64,000 nt of DNA from Eledone cirrhosa (Eukaryota). The notes beneath the pieces were generated by a model. The model was not told the origin of the DNA. It worked only from the letters and a program-made list of their open reading frames with translations, and searched no databases. Shown here piece by piece: positions 53,291 to 64,000 of the stretch; the first letter of the stretch is position 1; each line of letters begins with the position of its first letter. Location of the stretch: positions 155,248,001-155,312,000 of the forward strand of contig OZ024741.1 in the NCBI GenBank assembly GCA_964016885.1. The letters run 5' to 3'. The position numbers and the translations under genes are program-made.

Positions 53291-53937
53291 TTTTAATGCG
53301 ATGAAATACCAATGATGGTTGGCAAATCACTGATGAGGGACTAATTTTATAATATGTAATCCATGTGCAACTATGCAGTATTCTTCTCCCCATGTTTTTC
53401 ATATATATTTACCTAAACTGCGATTATCTGTTTCTCTCTTTCTCTCTTACTGCTCCCCCGTTCTCTCTGTTTCTCTTACCTTCTTTTGTCCCCTCTGTCA
53501 GTTAACACTTTCTCTCGACTGACCTCTTCCTCACACTTCCACTCACTCAATCTCTGTTTCTCCCCTTCTCACTTCCTCCCGTTCGCTAGTAGTGGGGATC
53601 CTTCTTTCTTACACCGCATTCACGGCGTACGGTCTGCTTCTCTGACCGCTCATGAAATTCACCCAGATTATGCTGATCGGATAACTATCATGATTGCTTG
53701 CTGTTTTCCCAACCTTCGGTTTGCTTTTCCTTCTGTTGTTTACTTGTCTCACTCGCTTTACGCGTTTCACTTGTCCCAATAGCATATTTTAGTTATTGCT
53801 CGCACCAACCTGAGGTATCTGATTTTTAATGCGATGAAATACCAATGATGGTTGGCAAATCACTGATGAGGGACTAATTTTATAATATGTAATCCATGTG
53901 CAACCATGCAGTATTCTTCTCCCCATGTTTTTCATAT
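53291..53937. repeat. About 115-bp direct repeats (53291-53405 and 53823-53937), PLE pseudo-LTR-like
   Basis: Near-identical copies containing CTGATGAGGGA, around a pyrimidine-rich spacer. Confidence 0.7.
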
Positions 53938-54159
53938 ATATATATATACAGGCATGCAAACATACGTACACACATACATATATAGATACATGGTGGCTGC
54001 CAACTCGTTTTCGAGTACGGCCACTACTTTATATCCATGTAGGAGAACTCCTACCGAAGCGCTGAACGAGTGTGACTTTTTAGTTCAGCCAGCGACTTGA
54101 AAACTCTGGTACAAACACTACACTTGTGACAATTATTGACACATAGTGCTGGGCCCATG

Positions 54160-54875
54160 GTACATGTATGTATCTGGGTGCTGTATAATGTCTTTAATTC
54201 TCTGCTGTTATAAGCTCTCTACATCTCTGCTGAAACTTCAGACCACCAATTATTCTTCATCTTTCAAGTTTTACAGTTATGACTTTGCTTCTTTGAAGGC
54301 CTTCTCAAAAGTGGTCCTTACTGGACCCTCTGCAACAAGACATTTTTCATTCAGCTTTTTATTCTCTTCAATGAGCTTGGTGATTGAAGCATCATTATCA
54401 CCAAGCTAGTCTCGGTATTTTGTTTTCTTGAGGCCAAGTACATCAACCCCAGCATTGTAAACCTGTGTTTTGAACTGATCGCAAGTTCCATCAAAGATAA
54501 CGTTTTCAAGTGCATTATGAAGATCATCTCGAATTTCTGAATTTAGACACCTCTATCCGTTTTGACACTTATACCCCTGTCACCTTCACTTTTCTTCTGA
54601 TCTGCACTTTCATCTTGCCATGTACAAGTTTGTGTTCTTTACACCATGGAGGAGATATCCTGGACGGCTCTCTTTCTGGTGATCATATAATCCAAGGGGT
54701 GTCCATGTTTAGATCTCTGATATATCCATGTTGCCTTGTGGCTGTCCTTTTGCACACGATTAACTCAAATTCAGTACATAATTGCAAAAGAAGACATTTA
54801 GCATTCATCATGCCTATACCATAATGTCCTAAAACATCCAAAATGTGGTCATCCTTTCCCAACTTCGCAGCCATT
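54160..54875 (-). mobile_element. RTE LINE fragment (endonuclease and linker)
   Basis: VLGHYGIGMMNAKCLLLQLCTEFELIV resembles the RTE APE domain. Confidence 0.6.
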
Positions 54876-55531
54876 TCTATTCTCCATATATTTTATCATG
54901 TTTTCGCTGTGACCATTCTTCTCTCCCCTTCTACCTACCTATTTCGCTACAATCTACTCTCACTCCTCTTTCTTCCTCTTCCTTTCTCCCTCTCACTTTC
55001 GCTCATCCTCTCTGCCAGTCTTCTCTCTTCTTCTACCTAACTATTTCGTTACTATCTACTCTTACCCCACTTTCTCCCTCTCCCTTTCTCCCTCTCACTT
55101 TCACTCATCCTCTCTCTGCCTGCCACCTCATTGTTTCCCTCGCCTGACCCTTTAGTAGTCCTTTTCTCACTTACAACTGCTGGGATCAGACGTGTGTCTT
55201 TTTTCTCTCGAACACAGTCTTGAACTTAAGTTCTCTCATCGTGTGGTCTTGGATTTTCTTACCTTAAGCTGCTCGCACATTGCTCGGTTTGTTGTTTTTT
55301 TCGCTGATTTTTCACTGTTTTCCCTTTTCTTCCCTTTTGTTTTCCTTCCCTCCCTCTTCCGTTTTCCCAATAACTTATCCAGTTATTGACGCTCTGGGCC
55401 GTAGATATCTTGTCTTTAAGGCGTAGAAATATCCGAGACCCCAGTAGACAACTTATGAGGAAACCCCCACATTCTTGCTTTCTTCTTATTCCCACTCCAT
55501 TTTAAGCTACCATAAATAGCAACTACACAGC

Positions 55532-55635
<104 letters not shown>

Positions 55636-55651
55636 ATATATATATTATATA

Positions 55652-55692
<41 letters not shown>

Positions 55693-55694
<2 letters not shown>

Positions 55695-55831
55695 CGAAGG
55701 AAATGTGGTAAGGAACCAGGTGGACCATGACGCACCAAAGTACTCCATACTTAGGGTAGTAGAGTGGGTAATAGGAACAAGTAAGACCCCGACGGCTGAG
55801 CTCAAGCCGTCGGGGTCTTACTTGTTCCTAT
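55693..55831 (-). mobile_element. Fold-back element family A copy, axis in stem III loop
   Basis: Palindrome 55771-55831 centred on GACGGC-tgagctcaa-GCCGTC. Confidence 0.8.
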
Positions 55832-55895
55832 ATATATATATATAGAGAGAGTGAGAGAGAGTGAGAGAGAGAGTGAGAGAGAGAGAGAGAGAGAG

Positions 55896-56070
55896 AGAAG
55901 AGCTCGTACAGGACTACAACTGTTTCATTCGTGAGAAATCATCAGGAAAATGATTTCTCACGAATGAAACAGTTCTAGTCCTGTAGAAGCTCTTCTACAT
56001 TAACACTTTTATACTCTGCTATGTATTGAGTACCTTAGTTAATGTTGTTACCTCTGATTCAACCAATAAT
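55896..56070. mobile_element. Family C fold-back element with hammerhead (complete on minus strand 55902-55949)
   Basis: Palindrome about 55896-55995; minus strand ttttc-CTGATGA-tttctcacgaat-GAAA-cag-ttgtagtc-ctg-TA. Confidence 0.75.
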
Positions 56071-56095
56071 ATATATATAACACGGCCACTAAGCA

Positions 56096-56148
<53 letters not shown>

Positions 56149-57009
56149 GTGGTTAGTGGCCGTGTTGGTTTACCATAAATATAATTTGCAATGTGATATT
56201 CTAAATAAGAAATTTCCGATTGTAAGCAATTAAGAAAATTGCATCATTGCAATCTTACAATGATTCTATGTAGGTACAAGCGTTGCTGTGTGGTTAAGTA
56301 GTTTGTTTGGCAGCCATGTGGTTTCGGCTTCACCCACACTGCGTGCTGGTACCTTGGTTAAGTATGTTGTCGACCTGACCAATGTCTGGTGAGTGAAGGG
56401 GGAAATTTGATAAAGGGAAGCATCCCACGCCAACTCCTGTTTAAAACAAATGGTAGAAGTGTGAAAGGCAAGTCTCTGGCGCATCAAAACCAGACAGCTT
56501 CGGGCAGGTGGGGCTCGTCAGCTTTGAGAGGCAGCCTACCACGGAGAAAGAAAACTCTGACTCCAAACTTAACCAACGTCATAGAAGAGGCAGATGCCTC
56601 AGCTTTGGCTGGCAACTGTTTAGAAGGACATTTCAAAGTAAATCCTTCAATCTGAGCACCTCACTATTACTGTCCCAGCTTGACTGGCTATAGCAGACGC
56701 ACTCCAGATGTAAAGCGTGGAATCAGTTATGCGCACACTGCACCCTACCTTAAAACCCCATGCGCAGGCATAAAGGTCGTGTCCCACACAAATATATATA
56801 ATTTGATATGTAGTCGTCCCAGCCCATAATTGTTCTTTCTAAAATTGGCACAAGTGTAGCAATTTGGAGTCTCTGGAAAGTCCATCGACCCAGCACTTAT
56901 CTGGTAGGTTATTTTATCGAATCGGGATGGATGAAAGGCGAAGTTGACAATCGTGGGATTGGAACTTAGAACGTAAAAAGTCGTAACTAAAATATCGTGA
57001 TCTGTCGGC

Positions 57010-57410
57010 CAACTACAGTTTCCAGTCTGTGGGGTTCGAGACGTTTGAGGAAGTCGGGTTACTGACTGCGAGATTCATATTTTCAATGGCGGTTCGCCTA
57101 ACAGAGGTAACTGGCGATGCTCATGAGGGCACTTGGTTGTTCCAGCGCATCAGCCTCGTCATCACTCGAGGTAACACCGTGAGCGTGTTGGCTTGTCTCA
57201 AAAATTATTAGAGAGGTTTCCCAGTGCTCCTTGCGATACTGTTATCTTTTGGTCTGGTAGCGGCTCGATTGTCCACCTTTCTTTTCCCTTTCTTTTCCTC
57301 TCTTTTTTTTAATTTTTTCTTTCCCTTTCCTTTATATTATATTTGTTTGTGATTTCGTTCTGTAAGCATTGTATTATTATATTTCTTTTTATACAACTAT
57401 AAATAAATTT
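57010..57410 (+). mobile_element. 3' end of a CRE-like RLE LINE
   Basis: ETF..VG..RLTEVTGDAHE..WLFQRISLVITRGN matches the FQRLS..QRGNA C-terminal motif; AATAAA downstream. Confidence 0.6.
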
Positions 57411-57925
57411 AAAGAGTTTTGTCCGATGCTCTACCAATACTGCCAATCCGCAACCTTTAATAATGTCGAAAAAAAGTGGTGAGTCATGCCAGCGGGGAAT
57501 GAAGCACCGTTTTCTCGGATGCCGCGTGAGTGAATTAAATGTTATGTGACTAAGCCACTGGTAACTAATTCTGTAATTTGAGAGGCTTTTAAGCCTGTAG
57601 CTACAATTGTGATTCTATTCCTACAAGCGCCTCCGTCCACTTTTTTTTCGTCTCCAAGAAGACTATACTCGATTTAGTAGTTATAATGATCACCTACCAT
57701 TATGGTAATTTGCTTTGAAACAACAACATTTCAAATACAAGAAAATAGAAAGTCATTTGCGCTAACTTTGACAGTGAAATAGTGATATCTTCAGCTCTAC
57801 TTATCTCTCCCATACAGTTTTTACAAGAAGTTCAGAGGTCATGAAGCAGCTATCAATAGTTATTTACCTGTATTATTTATATACCTTCGGACAATAAATT
57901 CAACCCCAACCTACCTACCTACCTG

Positions 57926-58005
<80 letters not shown>

Positions 58006-58044
58006 TCCATCCATCCATCCATCTATCTATCTATCTATCTATCT

Positions 58045-61000
58045 TGATAGAGTGAGACACGCTTCACATCGGCTCCGCTATTCTATTGGAATTTACCCTT
58101 ACTATAGTAAGAACCAGTGAATTTTTTCAGTGCAACACATTTGGAACACTTACCCTTGTTATTTAGGGAAACATTTTTACATTTACCCCCTTTTTAGGGG
58201 GTAAAATAAATAACTATTTTTCTGTAAAACTTTTTTCTTGGCAGCATGGCGGGAAAGATGGCAGACATGTCTGCCATTAGCTCTGCCACGCCCCCCAAGT
58301 CTGAAGAACAAAAAATGGATACAACAAAACTAGACAACGAAACAAACAAGGAAAATGAAAAAACAAATGTTACGGAAAATGAGCAAACGGAAAACAAACA
58401 AACAGAAAATAAGAATACAAAAAACAACAAGGCAACTTTCGCCCAGACAACACAAAAATCTATTATACACCTATAGACTTAACTGCCGCCAGAGAGAAAC
58501 TGGCAGAAGCAAAAAAACACATAGTCTTGGGGGAGAACGGAATGTTTTCCATTAACCCCCCCCCCCAGAATTCAAGAAAACGAGAATAGAAAGCACTGTT
58601 CTGTTTAGAACAATCCTAAACCAAACGAGAAAGCCAGCACAGCCCAGCCAAATGGAGATAGAGTTGGTCCTAAAAGACTATATGAAGAATATTCTCTTCA
58701 TACGAAAGGACCGACTCTATGGCAGCATTTCGGTCTTAACAAAAGACAGGGAAACAGCGCAGAGGCTTTCCCTAAGCCCACTCTCATCAACAGCATACAG
58801 CTTCTATCCCTCCTACATGGGTAGAAGAACACAGAGAGTCAAAATACAGACAATGCTGCCCACAATGGACTTCTGGTGGGCTATTGCTGGCTTCATAGAC
58901 ATGGGCGAGGACACAGTGCTGTCAATAGGGAAGGCATCTGGAGATGCGTTCCTGGGAATGGGCCTCGACCTACTAGTCCAAATGAGGCCCGAAAGAATAG
59001 CGCAAATCCCGGATCGCATCTGGCTGGATGACCTCACCCCAATATATATAATTGTAGAGGGGAGAAGACCAGCATGCTATTCATGCACGGAAAGGGGACA
59101 CGTTAAGGCTAACTGCCCGAATCGTATCCCCCAAAAAGGACTATTGCCCACACCCACCACAAACAGTACACCAACACCACCCACCTCCAAAAATACACTA
59201 ATACCACACACAGCAAACAAAACACAGACACCACCAACCACAAGCACAACACAAACATCACCACCACCAGCACCAAACACAAGCACGACACAAAAATCAC
59301 CACCACCATCACCAACCACAACACAAACATCACCACCACCATCACCAACCACAAGCACGACACAAACATCACCACCACCACCACAAAACGCATTCCAAAC
59401 AAATAATAAAAAAAACAGCAACAAATCTACCCCTCCCGCAAAAAAAAACAAACAACCAGACACCACGTCCCTCCCACCTAGCGCTGAAGAGTTTTCCCCA
59501 ACTTCTGAAGAAGAAGGAGGAGAAGCCTTCAGACAAGTTAAAAGAAAAAAACGAAAGCACACACCCAGCACACCTCAACAACAAATAATCCACACACAAA
59601 CACCAACTCCAATCAAAAACCCTCGACAAACAAAAATAAATCGACAAACAAAAATAAATCTGCGCCTCCCCTCTTCGAAACATTGACAGCATCACAAAAA
59701 AAGACTTTGCAATACACATATATAAATAAAGAAAACAAAAAACTGTTTAAATTAATAAACAATAGCCCTTTGGTGCAGACCGAAGGGCCAAACTATATCT
59801 CAACAGAGAACTTCACCCATTTAAAAATGATAAAGGTCCCTCTGGACCTTTATCGTTCCTTAAAAGAACAATTTAAACAGGACGTGAGCCCCCCCCCGTT
59901 TAAAACCGTTAAATCGCGTCCTCTTGAAAGATTTCCCCATAACCTCCACTCTCCCTGACACAACTCCAAATACCCCAACCCCACCACACTCGGATACCCC
60001 CACACCACCACAAAACATCCCTCCACCCAACACACCCGACGCCATGGAAATTACACAACCCGGAGAGGTAGGTGCTTTTCTTTCTTCACTTTCAACACCA
60101 AAATAGATCAATTGAGAGTTGGCTGTTTGAATGCGCGTGGCCTGGGCTCAGCTTGGAAGCAAGCAAAGCTTCTAAGTGACCTCAGGTCACGAAGTATAGG
60201 TGTGATAGTTGTTTGCGAGAGTCGGGGGGGGGGGGGTGTAGCAGCCTCAAGGGGAGAAGAATTGGGGCGAGGTGACGAGCAGAGTGTTTGCGCTGACCCA
60301 GAAGTGGGCCAAGTGCAAACTATCACTGAAAGGTCGGGCGGAGGTGACGAACGCTTACATAGCGTCCGTCATCTACTTCCGCCTGACCGTCGTGCCTTGC
60401 CCCAAGGAAACGCTCACCATCATGGAGCGCATGCTCTTCCAGTTCCTCTGGAAGAAGCGGCCTCCCATGGTGAGGAGATCCATCTGCTGCCAGCACCCTT
60501 CGAAAGGAGGGCTGGGTATGCCGTGGCTGTTGATGCGTAGGCACGCATTGAGGCTATGGCATCTACAGGTATTCCTCACCGGTCAGCCGGTGTGGGCCCC
60601 GTTTGTGAGGCGAGCCTTCCCACAGCTCGTCTCGCTCACCGAGCTGCAATCCTGGGTGAAGCAAAGACCGAGAAAACTGGGCAACTGGCACACCGAGTGT
60701 GCCCAGGCGCTCACGGCTCTCTGGCAAGCGGACCCGACTATCAGTGGAGAATCCACCTCGACATTCTATAGAGGGCTGGTGGCTAGCAGGGCGACGACAC
60801 CCTTGGAGAGTCGCTAGGCATGGAGGAGGACGAACTGGCCAGCCTGTTCGGTAGAACTTTCGGCCCGGGACCCATGGACAACTTCCAGAGGTCCCTAGCC
60901 TGGCAGTGCTACCGGGGGGCTCTGCCCGTTCGAGAAAAGCTCTACAGACACGGGCGCCCGGGAAGGGATCCCGCGAAAAAGATCTGTCCCAGATGCGTGC

Positions 61001-61628
61001 GCGACGAGGAAACCGTTGCACACGCACTGGTACACTGCCTGGGCGTTGCCGATCTGTGGGGCTACGTCGAACGACTGCTGTCGCGTGTGGCGCCGATTCG
61101 ATTGACCGCCGAGTCTGTGGTGACCATCAAACCGCCTCCCCCCTTCAGAAATGAAGCAGAGGCGGTCTTTCTGTGCGTAATAGCCATGATGAAAGAGGTT
61201 GTGTGGTGGACGCGCCTGAAAGGTCTGAGGTCGGGTGACTTTCTCTCCGGCCAACACCTGGTTTACTTCTTCCGATACCACTTCGGAAGAAGGATCAGGA
61301 TGGAGAGAGAAGTGCTTGGCCCCAGACAGTTTTATGAAAGGTGGGTGAAAGAAGCGAGAATGGCTCGTGTAAATGGGCCTTCTCTCTACATTGTTCTGTA
61401 GGTGAAGAAGTGAAGAGGAAAGGGGGAGCGCCTCCTCTGGGCTTCCCCCGCGAAAAGGGTTGCACACTTTTCGGGGGTATGTGCAATCCTCAACACGCCC
61501 CCTCCCTTTTGAGGACTTTTTATTATTATATTATTCTTATTGTTATGCCTTTTTCTTTACTCGCATTTATGTAAACTCCCCCCTGTGTATTTGTCCCTTT
61601 CTCTTGTGCCCTAGTGGCAAATAAAGAA

Positions 61629-61630
<2 letters not shown>
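58045..61630 (+). mobile_element. Tx1/L1-clade LINE family A with 5' UTR, ORF1 and internally deleted ORF2
   Basis: ORF1 fragments 58246-59958 with zinc knuckle CYSCTERGHVKANC. ORF2 start LRVGCLNARGL (APE) is joined at about 60225-60256 to the post-RT region. Flanked on both sides by (ATCT)n. Confidence 0.9.
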
Positions 61631-61675
<45 letters not shown>

Positions 61676-61676
<1 letters not shown>

Positions 61677-62445
61677 GGCCTGGCAGTGCTACCGAGGGGC
61701 TTTACCTGTTCGAGAAAGGCTCTACAGAAACGGGCGCCCGGGTAGGGACCCCGCCAAAAAGATCTGTCCCAGATGCGTGTGCGACGAGGAAACCGTTGCA
61801 CACGCATTGGTACACTGCTCGGGCGTAGCCGATCTGTGGGGCTATGTCGAACAACTGCTGTCAAGGGTGGGACCGATCCGGTTGACCACCGGGTCTATTG
61901 TAATGATCAAGCCGCCTCCCCCCTTCAAAGATGAAGCAGAGGCGGTGTTTCTGTGCGTAATAGCCATGGCGAAAGAGGTTGTATGGTGGACGCGTCTGAA
62001 AGGACTGATTTCAGACACCTTTCTCTCTGGCCAACAACTGGTCCGTTTCTTCCGATATCATTTCGGAAGAAGGATCAGGATGGAGAGAGAGGTGCTGCAC
62101 CCCAGCCGTTTCTATGAAAGATGGGTGAAAGTGGCGAGAATGGCCCGTGTGAATGGGCCTTCACTCTACATCAGACTATAGGGGAGGAAGATGAAAGACC
62201 AAGGGAGCACCCCTTCTCTGTGCTCCTGAGGAGAAGGGTTGCACACTTTTTTCGGGGGTGTGTGCGACCCCCCAAGGCGCCTCCTCTCTATTGAGGATTT
62301 TGTTATAAATTTTATTTTTTGTTATATCTTATTTTATTTTTATATTTTGTTATTGCCTCCTCCTTATTGAGGACGCCTTTTTGTGTAAACTCCCCCCTTT
62401 GTACTTGTCCCACTTTTGATGCCCTAGTGGCAAATAAAAGAAACA

Positions 62446-62520
<75 letters not shown>

Positions 62521-64000
62521 TTATCCCTTCTTCATATACCACTTTAGAAGGAGAATCAGAATGGAGAGAGAGGCACTGCACCTCAGTAAATTTACTGAAA
62601 GGTTGGTGAATGAAGCGAAAATGGCCCGATTGATTGGGCCTTCTCTGTTTATAAGCCTGTAGGTTAAAGAAGAGAGAAAAAGGGAGAAAGGAGCACTTGC
62701 ACAACACGCTCCTGAAGTTGAGGGTTGTTCTATCGACGGGGTATTAAACAACCCATTTGTGGCGCCTATTGGGGATTTCGTTTTACACGACTGTATGTAA
62801 AATCCCCGGCACATGTCCTTGTATTGTCCCCTTTTCTTGTGGGCCCTTGTGGCAAATAAAGAAATCTATTTATCTATCTATCTTGCAAAACGTGTTCCTG
62901 GTGTTGAGGGTTGTTCTATCCACGGGGTGTGAAACAACCCTGCAGTAACGTTCCTCCCTATTGTGGATTTCAATTATTATTTTATTATATCTAGTTTATT
63001 ATTGGCAGTATCGGTAGAGCGTTGGACGCCATGCTTTGCAGCAAAGAGTTACGGCCCTTTATTGTCTGAATTCAAATCTCGCCACGGTTAACTTTGCCTT
63101 TCATTCTTACGGGGTCGATAAAATAAAGTTCTAGTAATACACTGGGATAATTGCTGGCCTTGTGCCAAATGTAGAAACAATTAATGTTAAAGTTATATGG
63201 TTTTTATGTAAAATCCCCGCCGCCACGTCTTGTAATGTCCCCCTTTTGTACGCCCCTGTAGCAAATAAAGAAAGATTTCTCTCTATCCATCTATCTATCT
63301 GCCTGGCGCACCGAGTGTGCCCAGGCGCTCACGGCCCTCTGGCAGGCGGACCCGACTGTCAGTGGAGAATCCACCTCGTCATTCTATACAGGGCTGGTGG
63401 TTAGCAGGTGCGACGACGCCCTCGGAGAAGCCCTAGGCATGGAGGAAGACGAACTGGCCAACCTGTTCGGTAGGACATTCAGCCCGGGACCCATGGATAA
63501 CTTCCAGAGGTCCCTGGCCTGGCAATGCTACAGAAGGGCTCTGCCCGTTCGAGAAAGGCTCTACAGACACGGGCGCCCGGGTAGGGATCCCTCGAAAAAG
63601 ATCTGTCCCAGATGCGTGTGCGACGAGGAAACCGTTGCACACGCATTGGTACACTGCTCGGGCATTGCTGATCTGTGGGGCTATGTTGAACAACTGCTGT
63701 CAAGGGTGGGACCGATCCGGTTGACCACCGAGTCTATTGTAATGATCAAGCCGCCTCCCCTCTTCAAAAACGAAGGAGAGGCGGTGTTTCTGTGCGTAAT
63801 AGCCATGGCGAAAGAGGTTGTATGGTGGACGCGTCTGAAAGGACTGAGTTCAGACACCTTTCTCTCTGGCCAACAACTGGTCCGTTTCTTCCGATATCAT
63901 TTCGGAAGAAGGATCAGGATGGAGAGAGAGGTGCTGCACCCTAGCCGCTTTTATGAAAGATGGGTGAAAGTGGCGAGAATGGCCCGTGTGAATGGGCTTT
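61676..64000 (+). mobile_element. Tandem array of 5'-truncated Tx1-A copies separated by (ATCT)n
   Basis: Copies start at about 61676, 62520, 62885, 63195 and 63300, mostly ending GCAAATAAA(A)GAA..ATCT; a SINE at 63000-63185. Confidence 0.9.

Noticed and set aside
53330-53390. CTGATGAGGGA in the direct repeats as a hammerhead
   Set aside because: No GAAA or NUH in the proper position in either copy.

Overview
AT-rich, microsatellite-dense eukaryotic DNA. The SINE/LINE/microsatellite make-up suggests a coleoid cephalopod such as Octopus (inference, not verified). One host gene is supported: a DUSP14/18/21-like atypical dual-specificity phosphatase at 41054-41605. I read it as the end of a two-exon gene (27547-27575 joined to 40633-41605, 333 aa) with a Pro/Ser-rich N-terminus that the ORF track misses. 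The rest is mostly mobile DNA: a mariner, two Chapaev3-like (CMC) DNA transposons with TTA target duplications, a hAT MITE, RTE LINEs, Tx1/L1-clade LINEs arrayed in (ATCT)n, R4-like, CRE-like and I-group LINE ends, tRNA-derived SINEs, two Penelope-like element (PLE) remnants and minisatellites. The most striking signal is about a dozen hammerhead-ribozyme motifs (CUGANGA-stem II-GAAA-stem III-NUH) from several unrelated families. Many sit inside short fold-back palindromes in (TA)n whose symmetry axes or junctions often fall on the ribozyme's own hairpins. Different retroelement families also appear tied to different microsatellites. All alignments and folds were done by eye.
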